Positions 51,800 through 60,425 of a stretch of DNA of 64,000 nucleotides are shown here, in pieces. The notes beneath the pieces were generated by a model. That model did not search any database. It was given only the letters and a program-made list of their open reading frames with translations, and was not told the origin of the DNA. Position 1 is the first letter of the stretch. Every line of letters begins with the position of its first letter. Origin of the DNA: Anaerolineae bacterium (GTDB lineage Bacteria; Chloroflexota; Anaerolineae; Anaerolineales; E44-bin32); the NCBI GenBank assembly GCA_011192015.1, contig DUET01000085.1, forward strand, positions 20,648 to 84,647, written 5' to 3'. The position numbers and the translations under genes were made by a program.

Positions 51800-52274
51800 A
51801 GCCTTGACGATAGCTCGTCAAGTCGTTGAAGGATGGGCTTGGAAAACTGAGACCTCTCAGCCGGAGCCATACCGCCTGGACGTGAGGCTAGCGTCGAAGG
51901 AAGATCTCATTCCCATCATCGTGGCGTTCCGCGTGAAACGCATGGGTTATCTGGCAGCGATCACGGGGCTCGATCTTGGACCAGAAGATGGCCATCTGGA
52001 AGTGCTCTACCACTTTTGCACGGCAGCTGCTGTGATCACGTTGCGTTTGAGCATCCCGCGCGAACAAGCAAGTGTGCCAAGTTTGTGCAGCGTGATCCCC
52101 AGCGCAGAGGCGTTCGAGCGCGAACTCAGCGAGATGTTCGGTGTGGAAGTCGAGGGCCTGCCCAATCCCATGCGGCTGTACCTTCCAGACGATTGGTCCG
52201 AGGGAGTGTATCCGCTGCGAAAGGACGTGGACGAGATGGCACTTACATCGCAGGTCGTGATGGGAGAAATCTGA
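51786..52274 (+). CDS. NuoC / MbhK-like subunit
   Basis: 162 aa with LAAITGLDLG..LEVLYHF and AEAFERELSEMFGVEVEGLP. Confidence 0.85.
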   Translation: MNTDEALTIARQVVEGWAWKTETSQPEPYRLDVRLASKEDLIPIIVAFRVKRMGYLAAITGLDLGPEDGHLEVLYHFCTAAAVITLRLSIPREQASVPSLCSVIPSAEAFERELSEMFGVEVEGLPNPMRLYLPDDWSEGVYPLRKDVDEMALTSQVVMGEI

Positions 52275-53470
52275 TGGAGAAGGTGCAGACATCCAGAAGC
52301 TTCACGGTTCCGATCGGCCCTCAACATCCAGCGCTCAAAGAACCGGAACACTTCCTGATCACGGTCGATGGAGAGATCGTTACCAAGGCTGTCGTGCGTC
52401 TCGGCTATGCGCACCGCGGCGTTGAGAAGGCCACCGAAAGCCGGAATTGGGTGCAGAACATCTACATTCTCGAACGCATCTGCGGCATCTGCTCACACAT
52501 CCACGCCACTGCTTATTGCCTCGGCGTGGAGAAGCTTGCCGGCGTGGAGGTCCCTCCACGCGCCCAGGCCATTCGAGTGTTGGTGGCAGAGATGGAGCGC
52601 ATCCACAGCCACCTGCTCTGGCTGGGAGTCGCTGCGCACGAAGCCGGTTTCGACACGCTCTTCATGTATAGCTGGCGCGATCGCGAAACCATCATGGATC
52701 TCCTGGAATCGCTCAGCGGCAATCGCGTCAACTACTCCGTGAATCTGCTCGGGGGAGTCAAGTTCGATGTCGACGACGAACTTGCCCGGCTGATTTACGA
52801 CGGGATCGATTTCCTGGAGAAACGGACCCAGCACTACTTGGATGTCGTGACTTCCGATGCCATGTTCCTGCAGCGAACGCGAGGCATCGGCACCATGACC
52901 CGCTCGCAGGCTGATGTGCTCGGAACCGTTGGGCCCACGGCGCGAGCTTCCAACGTGTACCGGGATATCCGCGTGGAAGCTCCGTATGGGGCTTATGGGG
53001 ATTTTCCGGTGAAGATCGTCCTCGACGAGCGAGGTGATCTGGAAGCGCGCTTTGTGGTTCGAATCAAGGAACTGTTCGAGAGCTACCGGGTCATCCGTGA
53101 AATCCTCGACAACTTGCCTGCAGGCGAACTTTCCACGCGCATGCCCCGACGCATCCAGGAGGGGGAAACCGTCAGTCGTGTGGAGGCCCCCCGCGGCGAA
53201 CTGTTCTATTTCATCAAGAGCAATGGTACGGATACGCCGGAACGGATCAAGGTCCGCACACCGACGATATGCAACATGATGTCCGTGGTCAAGCTGGCGG
53301 TTGGGCATCAGTTGGCGGATGTGCCCATGATCGTGGTCGGCATCGATCCCTGCTTCTCCTGCAACGATCGCATGACGGTTGTCGATCGCGGACAGGGCCA
53401 GCGGCAGGGATGGACATGGGAGGCATTGAGACGATATGGCATCCGACATTATCAAAGACTTGCTCGTTAG
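52274..53470 (+). CDS. Group 4 [NiFe] hydrogenase large subunit (NuoD/MbhL-like) with all four Ni-Fe Cys ligands
   Basis: Start MEKVQTS makes a TGATG overlap. Has the N-terminal motif ERICGICSHIH and the C-terminal motif DPCFSCNDR, followed by a 32-residue extension. Confidence 0.9.
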   Translation: MEKVQTSRSFTVPIGPQHPALKEPEHFLITVDGEIVTKAVVRLGYAHRGVEKATESRNWVQNIYILERICGICSHIHATAYCLGVEKLAGVEVPPRAQAIRVLVAEMERIHSHLLWLGVAAHEAGFDTLFMYSWRDRETIMDLLESLSGNRVNYSVNLLGGVKFDVDDELARLIYDGIDFLEKRTQHYLDVVTSDAMFLQRTRGIGTMTRSQADVLGTVGPTARASNVYRDIRVEAPYGAYGDFPVKIVLDERGDLEARFVVRIKELFESYRVIREILDNLPAGELSTRMPRRIQEGETVSRVEAPRGELFYFIKSNGTDTPERIKVRTPTICNMMSVVKLAVGHQLADVPMIVVGIDPCFSCNDRMTVVDRGQGQRQGWTWEALRRYGIRHYQRLAR

Positions 53471-54377
53471 CCTGGCAGCCATCCTGTTCTTTCCAGGAGG
53501 GCTTTTCCTCCTGCTCTGTGGGCTGCTCTACGAGTGGATCGATCGGAAATTGTTGGCGCAGCTTCAAAACCGCATCGGGCCGCGCTGGTTCCAGCCTCTT
53601 GCGGACGTGATCAAGCTGCTCGCAAAAGAGGAAGTGGTTCCCGAGGAAGTGGATGCGCGCTTGTTCATCGGTCTTCCGATCGTTGCCCTGGCCGGTGGAT
53701 TGACCGCTGCGCTGTATGTTCCCTTCGCCGGTCTTGCTCCCTCCCACAGCTTCAACGGAGATCTCATCGTCACGATCTATCTGCTGAGCCTGCTTTCCCT
53801 GTGCCTGGGATTGGCGGGATCCAACACTCTGGATCGTTTCTCACTCGTGGGCGCAACGCGCACACTGACACAGCTTTTCTCCTACGAGGCGCCCTTCCTG
53901 CTGGCCCTGTTGGGTCCTGCGTTTGCAGCCGGAAGCTGGCAGATCCAGGAGATCGCCACCTACACCGAAACACGGTGGCTGCTGCTCTCGCAACCCCTCG
54001 GCTTCCTGGTGGCCGTGATCGGCCTCATGGGCAAGCTGGAGTTGCCTCCGCTTGATGCCCCCGAAGCCGAGACCGAGATCGTGGCGGGAGCGCTCACGGA
54101 GTACAGCGGCAGGGGGTTGGCGATCTTCCGTCTGAGCAAAGGTGTGACGCTGATCCTGGGCCTGACCCTCATCGCTGCCTTCTATCTGGGCGGCGTATCC
54201 AACCCGGCGTTCTTCTTCCTCAAGACGATCGCGCTGCTGCTGATCATCGTTGGGCTCAAGGCGCTCTTCGCACGCCTGCGCATCGACCAAAGCGTTGGGC
54301 TCTGGTGGCGCTACGGCACGCTCCTGGTGCTGATCCAATGGCTGGGTATGTTTCTCTGGGGAGGAGTGATGACATGA
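53436..54377 (+). CDS. NuoH / MbhM / HycD-like membrane subunit
   Basis: 313-aa polytopic protein with EWIDRKLLAQLQNRIGPRW and EAETEIVAGALTEYSG. Confidence 0.9.
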   Translation: MASDIIKDLLVSLAAILFFPGGLFLLLCGLLYEWIDRKLLAQLQNRIGPRWFQPLADVIKLLAKEEVVPEEVDARLFIGLPIVALAGGLTAALYVPFAGLAPSHSFNGDLIVTIYLLSLLSLCLGLAGSNTLDRFSLVGATRTLTQLFSYEAPFLLALLGPAFAAGSWQIQEIATYTETRWLLLSQPLGFLVAVIGLMGKLELPPLDAPEAETEIVAGALTEYSGRGLAIFRLSKGVTLILGLTLIAAFYLGGVSNPAFFFLKTIALLLIIVGLKALFARLRIDQSVGLWWRYGTLLVLIQWLGMFLWGGVMT

Positions 54378-54796
54378 AGCTGGGCACGATGTTTCAGGAT
54401 GTTTCGAGCTCGTTTCTTCGGAAACCAGTGACGGAAAAATACCCCTTCGAACGCCGTACGCCTCCCACGCGTTTGCGAGGCACGCTGGTCTGGGATGCGG
54501 AGACATGCGTTGGTTGTGGGTTGTGCGCCACGGATTGCCCTGCGAATGCGCTTGAGGTGTTTGTTCTGGATCGCAAGGAGAAACGTTTCGCCTTGTCCTA
54601 TCACCCTGATCGCTGCACGTTCTGTGCACAGTGCGTAAGCAGCTGTCGACACGGCAGCCTCGCAATGTCGAATGAGGTTTGGGAATTGGCAGCACTCGAT
54701 CGAACTTCCTTCACCATTCACTTCGGGGATGAAACGGATGTTGAGCTTGCCCTGGCAGGAAAGACTGCATCAAACGCTGAGGCGTCTTCGGAATAA
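54374..54796 (+). CDS. NuoI / MbhN-like 2x[4Fe-4S] subunit
   Basis: Start MKLGTMF makes an ATGA overlap. Contains CVGCGLCATDCP and CTFCAQCVSSC. Confidence 0.85.
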   Translation: MKLGTMFQDVSSSFLRKPVTEKYPFERRTPPTRLRGTLVWDAETCVGCGLCATDCPANALEVFVLDRKEKRFALSYHPDRCTFCAQCVSSCRHGSLAMSNEVWELAALDRTSFTIHFGDETDVELALAGKTASNAEASSE

Positions 54797-55352
54797 TGGG
54801 GCCGAACCTCGCGTAGCTTTGGTCGGCATGGGTCACACGTTGTACGGTGACGATGGCGCCGGTATCCTGCTCACCCAGCTTCTTCGCCCGTTGGAGCGCG
54901 ATATGGAGGGATTGCTGGTAGTCAATGGGGGTTCCGCGCCGGAGAATTGCACCGGTTTGTTGCGCCGCTTCATGCCGGATCTCGTGGTTCTCGTCGACGC
55001 GGCTCAGCTGGATGAGGCCCCGGGCACCATTCAGTGGATCCCCAGCGAAATGACTTCGGGTTTCAGCGCCTCAACGCACACCTTACCCCTTCATCTGATC
55101 TCCTGTTATCTGAGCATGGAATTGGTTTGTGAGATTGTCTTGCTCGGGATCCAACCCCGGCGACTCAACTTTGGTTCCATGTCGCTCATTGTGGAGGCCC
55201 ATGTGAGGGAGATGGCCAAAGCCTTGGAGGGAACTTTCAAAGCCTTTTTGACCGATGATCCCGGGAATCGGGAAGCTTCCATTTGTCATGTGCAAGAGGA
55301 TCAGCCGATTCCCCTACGTCTGCCATACGTTTGTAGGGAGCGATACTTATGA
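54738..55352 (+). CDS. [NiFe] hydrogenase maturation endopeptidase (HycI/HyaD family), copy 1
   Basis: Contains ALVGMGHTLYGDDGAGILL, VVLVDAA and STHTLPL. Start uncertain (54729/54738, overlapping the upstream gene). Confidence 0.75.
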   Translation: MLSLPWQERLHQTLRRLRNNGAEPRVALVGMGHTLYGDDGAGILLTQLLRPLERDMEGLLVVNGGSAPENCTGLLRRFMPDLVVLVDAAQLDEAPGTIQWIPSEMTSGFSASTHTLPLHLISCYLSMELVCEIVLLGIQPRRLNFGSMSLIVEAHVREMAKALEGTFKAFLTDDPGNREASICHVQEDQPIPLRLPYVCRERYL

Positions 55353-56416
55353 CCCTGAAAATACTACCCAAGAAAGCCCTACCTGCATGGCTGGATGGGC
55401 TTCATGCGAACTATCGACTTGTAGGCCCAAGGGCGAAGCAGGAGAACTTCGTCTTCGATGTGATCCAGAACGCTGAGGATCTTCGTCTGGATTACAACAC
55501 TACGATCCTGCCGCCCAAGAAGGTGCTGCTGCCACAGCAGGAAACCATTCTTCAATTCGACACATCGAAGGATTTCCATCAAGTGGAACCCGTGTTCGAG
55601 GATACGCCGACGGTGCTCTTCGGGGTTCACACCTGCGACATGCATGCCATCAACCTGATGGATCAAGTCTTCGGTCAAGGATATCCGGACGCGCACTATC
55701 AGACTCGAAGGCAGCATACGGCGATCGTCACGCTGGAGTGTCTCAATCCGTGCACCGAATTCTGCTTCTGTAAGAGCATGGAAACCTTGAGCGTGCCGGA
55801 AGGATTCGATCTCCACATCACGGATTTGGGCAATGTGCTGGCAATCGAAATCGGATCGGGGCAAGGCCTGACGCTTCTCCAGCATGCAAAGATGGTGCGG
55901 GATGCAGGCCCAAAGGATTACCAGCATCTGCAAGATGTAATGAGTGAGAAATGGCCGCGCTTCGCATATCAACTGGACTTCGATATCACCGAATTGCCCA
56001 GCCTGATCGCCCTGAGTTACAAGACTGAAGTATGGGATTCACTTGGGGACCGATGTTTGGGCTGTGGCATATGCAACGTCGTGTGCCCCACCTGCAATTG
56101 CTTCGATGTGATCGATGAGGTGGATTTCGACCTGCAATCCGGATCTCGCTATCGCATCTGGGATTCGTGTCAATTAGACCGCTTCTGCAGTGTGGCCGGG
56201 GGGCATGATTTTCGCAGCAGTCGAGCCAATCGCTTGCGGCATCGCTTCCTTCACAAATTCAAGTATCAGCCCGAGACCTACAAGATTGTGGGCTGCGTTG
56301 GCTGTGGGCGCTGTGCGCAGGAATGCTTGGTCCACATTTCACCCGTGGATGTCCTCAATGAGCTCTACCGCAGGCAAGTTCCCTTTGCGAGCATCGAACA
56401 GGAGGTGTTGGTATGA
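55349..56416 (+). CDS. hydB: Group 3b hydrogenase beta subunit (HydB/AsrA-like FeS protein)
   Basis: 355 aa with FGVHTCDMHAI, CLGCGICNVVCPTCNCF and CVGCGRCAQEC. ATGA overlap with the upstream protease. Confidence 0.85.
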   Translation: MTLKILPKKALPAWLDGLHANYRLVGPRAKQENFVFDVIQNAEDLRLDYNTTILPPKKVLLPQQETILQFDTSKDFHQVEPVFEDTPTVLFGVHTCDMHAINLMDQVFGQGYPDAHYQTRRQHTAIVTLECLNPCTEFCFCKSMETLSVPEGFDLHITDLGNVLAIEIGSGQGLTLLQHAKMVRDAGPKDYQHLQDVMSEKWPRFAYQLDFDITELPSLIALSYKTEVWDSLGDRCLGCGICNVVCPTCNCFDVIDEVDFDLQSGSRYRIWDSCQLDRFCSVAGGHDFRSSRANRLRHRFLHKFKYQPETYKIVGCVGCGRCAQECLVHISPVDVLNELYRRQVPFASIEQEVLV

Positions 56417-57267
56417 AACCCATACTGGCTGAAAAGATGAAACTACTTTCGATCTATCAACCCTCAACCATGCTCGTTTCCAGGGTTGAATCCGTGACCG
56501 AACTCGAGAAGCTCATCACCATCGAGCTTCCAGAGGGGGGTTCCTTCCAACACCGACCAGGCCAATTTGTGGAGGTCTCATTGCTCGGCGTGGGGGAGGC
56601 GCCGATCAGCATCTCCTCATCTCCCAGCCGCACCACAAACAGCTTCGAACTTTGTGTGCGGCGCGTGGGCAGTGTGACCAACGCCATTCATGCATTGAGC
56701 CCTGGAGACTTGATCGGCATTCGAGGACCCTTCGGGAATGGTTTCCCCATGGAGCGTTTTCGCGGCAAGGACTTGCTCTTCGCACCCGGTGGTTTGGGCC
56801 TTGCGCCACTGCGGTCGCTCATCAATGAAGTCATCGACGATCGCGGCAACTTTGGACGCGTGGTCATCCTGTATGGGGCCAGGCATCCGAGCGAATTGCT
56901 CTTCAGGGATGAGTTGGAAACCTGGAAAGAACGTGACGATGTGGAATTGCATGTCACCGTGGATCGACCGGATGAATACTGGAAAGGAAAAGTAGGCGTG
57001 ATCACCACGCTCTTCTATGATATCCAGATTCACCCACGCAATACGGTGGCCGTCACTTGTGGCCCTCCGGTGATGTACCGCTATGTGATCATGGAACTCC
57101 TTGGAAAAAGCGTTCCGGAAGGCAACATCTGGTTGAGTCTGGAACGCCGCATGAAATGCGGAGTCGGAAAGTGCGGGCATTGCCAAATGGGCAGCATCTA
57201 CACCTGCTTGGACGGGCCGGTCTTTTCCTACTCCCAGATCAAGCATCTCGAGGAGGCCTTGTCATGA
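56413..57267 (+). CDS. hydG: Group 3b hydrogenase gamma subunit (HydG/AsrB-like FAD/NAD(P)-binding [2Fe-2S] protein)
   Basis: 284 aa with RPGQFVEVSLLGVGEAPISI, LLFAPGGLGLAPLRSL and a C-terminal CGVGKCGHCQMG..C. Confidence 0.85.
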   Translation: MKPILAEKMKLLSIYQPSTMLVSRVESVTELEKLITIELPEGGSFQHRPGQFVEVSLLGVGEAPISISSSPSRTTNSFELCVRRVGSVTNAIHALSPGDLIGIRGPFGNGFPMERFRGKDLLFAPGGLGLAPLRSLINEVIDDRGNFGRVVILYGARHPSELLFRDELETWKERDDVELHVTVDRPDEYWKGKVGVITTLFYDIQIHPRNTVAVTCGPPVMYRYVIMELLGKSVPEGNIWLSLERRMKCGVGKCGHCQMGSIYTCLDGPVFSYSQIKHLEEALS

Positions 57268-58028
57268 ATAATAAACCAAGGATCGCCTTCTTCGACTTCA
57301 CAGGCTGCGAAGGCTGCCAGCTCACCGTGATCGATTCGCTCGAAAACCACCCCGAGCTCCTGGAGGCTGTCGACATCGTGCAGTTCCGGGAGGCGATGAG
57401 CGAGAAGGATGACGACTTCAGCATAGCATTCATCGAGGGATCATGTACTCGATCCTCCGATGAGAAACGTTTGGAGAAGATTCGCGAGCAGGCGGCGCTC
57501 GTGATCGCATTGGGTGCCTGTGCCCATCTGGGCGGGGTCAATGCCGTGCGCAACATCCAACCGTTGGAAAGCGTGCGGCGCTGTGTCTACGGCGAAAAGG
57601 CCGAAGTCTATGAGACATCGATCGCCAAGCCCATCGGGGATGTCATTTCCATCGATGGATTCATCCCCGGCTGCCCGATCGATCCCGAAGAATTCATCCG
57701 CGGGGTCAAGAGACTCCTCCAAGGCAATCGCCCCCTCATTCCGGATTATCCGGTTTGCATCGAGTGTAAGCTGCGTGAGAACGCGTGTCTCTTTCAGCGG
57801 GGGAAGGTGTGCCTGGGCCCCATCACTCGCGCGGGTTGTGGCGCGTTATGCCCGAGCCTCGGTGTCGGCTGTGAGGGTTGCCGAGGTTTGATCCCCAATC
57901 CGAACATCACCTGGTTGAAGGAGGTCATGGCTGAACATGGCCAGAGCTCGGAGAGGATCAGCGCCAAGATGGGGCTCTTCATGACGAATCAGATCCTCGA
58001 AAGTGAGGTGATCGATGTCGAAAGCTAA
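57264..58028 (+). CDS. hydD: Group 3b [NiFe] hydrogenase small (delta) subunit
   Basis: Start MNNKPRIAFFDFTGCEGCQL makes an ATGA overlap. Contains GACAHLGG, GCPI, and a distal cluster Cys run (CIECK..C..CLGP..GCGALCP..CEGC). Confidence 0.85.
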   Translation: MNNKPRIAFFDFTGCEGCQLTVIDSLENHPELLEAVDIVQFREAMSEKDDDFSIAFIEGSCTRSSDEKRLEKIREQAALVIALGACAHLGGVNAVRNIQPLESVRRCVYGEKAEVYETSIAKPIGDVISIDGFIPGCPIDPEEFIRGVKRLLQGNRPLIPDYPVCIECKLRENACLFQRGKVCLGPITRAGCGALCPSLGVGCEGCRGLIPNPNITWLKEVMAEHGQSSERISAKMGLFMTNQILESEVIDVES

Positions 58029-59322
58029 GGTCAAGAAACCGGTGAAAATCGATGTTCATCACGTGACGCGCGTGGAAGGGCACGGCAACATCGTTGTCGA
58101 TATCCAGGATGGGAAGATGCAGCGATGCGATCTGCAGATCGTGGAGGCGCCGCGCTTTTTCGAAGCCATGCTGCGCGGGCAACCCTATGAGCAGGCCTCC
58201 CATCTCAGCTCTCGAATCTGCGGCATTTGTGCCGTCACCCACGCCACCACATCCCTTCGCGCCACGGAGAATGCGTTGGGCATCGTGCCCAGCAGGCAGA
58301 CTGCCCTTTTGCGGAAGTTGAATCTGAACGGGGAGATGCTCGACAGCCACATCCTTCATGTGTACATGCTTGTGGCTCCCGATTTTCTGGGCGTGGGCAG
58401 TGTGATCCCTTTGGCGAAGACATCACCCGAAGTCGTGCTCCGCGCCTTACGCATGAAAAAACTGGCTGGTGACATCTGTTCCCTGGTCGGTGGGCGGCAC
58501 ACGCATCCAGTGAGCACGGTTGTGGGAGGCTTTACCAGCTTGCCGGACGCGGCAAGCATCGGTGATCTACACGGACGGCTTCTGGCAATGCGCGAGGATC
58601 TGGATGCCACGATCAATCTGTTTCAAGGTCTTTCATTGCCGAACTTCGAGCGGGACACGGAATTTCTCGCTTTGAGCACCGATGACGAGTACTGCTTCAT
58701 GGACGGCGCCATCGCGAGCTCCGATGGCGGAACCTGGCCTATCGATCAATATCTCACGGTAACGAATGAGCACATGGTCGATCACTCCACAGCAAAGCAT
58801 GCTCAGAATTTTCGTCAGGCGTACATGGTCGGAGCCCTGGCACGTTTCAACATCAACTATGAAAAGCTGCATGATCGAGCGAGGCAAGCCGCATCGGCGC
58901 TTGGCCTGCAAAGTAAATGTATCAACCCCTATTGGAACAGCATCGCACAGATCGTGGAGATGGTACATTGCACGGAGGATGCCATTCTGATCACGGAGCG
59001 GCTCTTAGATGAGGGCATTCTTCCAGAAGATCCGGTGCCTGTGCAGAAACTGTCCGGTGAGGGTGTTGGAGCCTGCGAAGCTCCTCGAGGAACCCTCTAT
59101 CATCACTACCTGATCGAAAACGGTGTCCTGAGGCGTGCCAATTGTGTCATCCCCACAGCGCAGAACCTGGCCAATATCGAGGCCGACATGCGAGAACTGG
59201 TTCCCATGAGCATGGAGCGCGAACCTGAAGAGATCACACTGGCTCTGGAAATGCTTGTGCGCGCCTATGATCCCTGCATCTCCTGCTCGACGCACATGGT
59301 GGAGGTCAATTTTGTCAAGTAG
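58015..59322 (+). CDS. hydA: Group 3b [NiFe] hydrogenase large (alpha) subunit
   Basis: 435 aa with RVEGHG, RICGICAVTH, and a C-terminal DPCISCSTH followed by an 8-residue tail. Confidence 0.9.
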   Translation: MSKAKVKKPVKIDVHHVTRVEGHGNIVVDIQDGKMQRCDLQIVEAPRFFEAMLRGQPYEQASHLSSRICGICAVTHATTSLRATENALGIVPSRQTALLRKLNLNGEMLDSHILHVYMLVAPDFLGVGSVIPLAKTSPEVVLRALRMKKLAGDICSLVGGRHTHPVSTVVGGFTSLPDAASIGDLHGRLLAMREDLDATINLFQGLSLPNFERDTEFLALSTDDEYCFMDGAIASSDGGTWPIDQYLTVTNEHMVDHSTAKHAQNFRQAYMVGALARFNINYEKLHDRARQAASALGLQSKCINPYWNSIAQIVEMVHCTEDAILITERLLDEGILPEDPVPVQKLSGEGVGACEAPRGTLYHHYLIENGVLRRANCVIPTAQNLANIEADMRELVPMSMEREPEEITLALEMLVRAYDPCISCSTHMVEVNFVK

Positions 59323-59365
59323 CGTTCCTTTCGAGCCTGCGCTGGTTGATGCCCCCAAGCAGGGG

Positions 59366-59995
59366 ATGCCGGTCTTGGATCCAGGACGTACGAGGGAGGA
59401 TCATGCTCGGCATGGGACTCTCGTTCTCTCTCTGGGCAATCCGATACGGCACGACGATGGTGTGGGCGCGGCGATTATCCAACGTCTTGCCGGAGAGGTT
59501 TCTCTGCCTCCAGATGTGAAGCTGCTCGATGCCGAGATGCCGGGATTGGAGATCATCCTCCTCACCCAGCAATTCCAACGCCTGATCTTGATCGACGCCG
59601 CTGATCTGGGGCTTGAAGCCGGGGAATGGGTGCGCATCCCACTCGCAGCATCTCAAGTTCAGTTGCGATGTGAGGAACACCTCACAAGCTCGCATGCCTT
59701 TGGTCTGGCTGAAGCGTTGAGTTTCGGGTGGGCGATGAAGCTTCTGCCCTCCGAGATTCTCTTCTATGGCGTGCAACCTGAGGAACTCTCTTGGTCGTTT
59801 GGTCTCAGTGAGTCTGTCAGCCGGGTTGTGGATGCGATTTGTGCCAACCTGTTGGAAGCGCTGCAGCAGTTTTCAGGAAGGGAGTCGGGTCCCCATCGAA
59901 CAGTGCCCGCGCCTCATGAACTCGAGGCCTCATCCATAATCCTCAGTACGGTTCAAACTTATGAAAAGGATGATACCGAATGGCGAAGATACTAA
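59366..59995 (+). CDS. [NiFe] hydrogenase maturation endopeptidase, copy 2
   Basis: Contains VLSLGNPIRHDDGVGAAI, LILIDAAD and SSHAFGL. Start uncertain (track ORF starts at 59255). Confidence 0.75.
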   Translation: MPVLDPGRTREDHARHGTLVLSLGNPIRHDDGVGAAIIQRLAGEVSLPPDVKLLDAEMPGLEIILLTQQFQRLILIDAADLGLEAGEWVRIPLAASQVQLRCEEHLTSSHAFGLAEALSFGWAMKLLPSEILFYGVQPEELSWSFGLSESVSRVVDAICANLLEALQQFSGRESGPHRTVPAPHELEASSIILSTVQTYEKDDTEWRRY

Positions 59996-60387
59996 TCATT
60001 GATGATGATCCGGACATCATTACCTCAGTGCGTCTTTCTCTGGAAGCCGCAGGGCATGAGGTATGTGAAGCCCATAACGGCACCGAAGGTTTGGAGAGAA
60101 TTCAGGCCATCCATCCGGATTTGATCATTCTCGATGTGATGATGGATACTACTACAGAGGGATTTCAGCTCACGCTGCAATTGCGAAATCCAGATCCCAC
60201 TTCAGCCTATAAGGAGTATCGTGAGATTCCCATCTTGATGTTGACCTCGATACACAGCACCACGCCCTTGCGCTTTGGTCCGACGGAAGATTATCTTCCT
60301 GTGGAGGCGTTCATCGACAAACCGATTGATCCGGATAAACTCGTTCGAAAGGTTGAAGCCCTACTGCTGGCGCGAACGACCACGTAA
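59980..60387 (+). CDS. Stand-alone receiver-domain response regulator (no output domain)
   Basis: 135 aa with ILIIDDDPDI, DLIILDVMMD and IDKP. Overlaps the protease gene end by 16 nt. Confidence 0.9.
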   Translation: MAKILIIDDDPDIITSVRLSLEAAGHEVCEAHNGTEGLERIQAIHPDLIILDVMMDTTTEGFQLTLQLRNPDPTSAYKEYREIPILMLTSIHSTTPLRFGPTEDYLPVEAFIDKPIDPDKLVRKVEALLLARTTT

Positions 60388-60425
60388 ATCGTCGGATTCT
60401 GTACGGCAGAGATAGCGGGGCTTGG

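Noticed and set aside
52274-53470. NuoD-like gene and its neighbours interpreted as respiratory complex I (nuo operon).
   Set aside because: The large subunit retains both Ni-Fe CxxC pairs and a cleavable C-terminal extension, and a HycI-type protease is co-encoded. There are no NuoE/F/G genes, and the gene order is Mbh-like and not nuoA-N.
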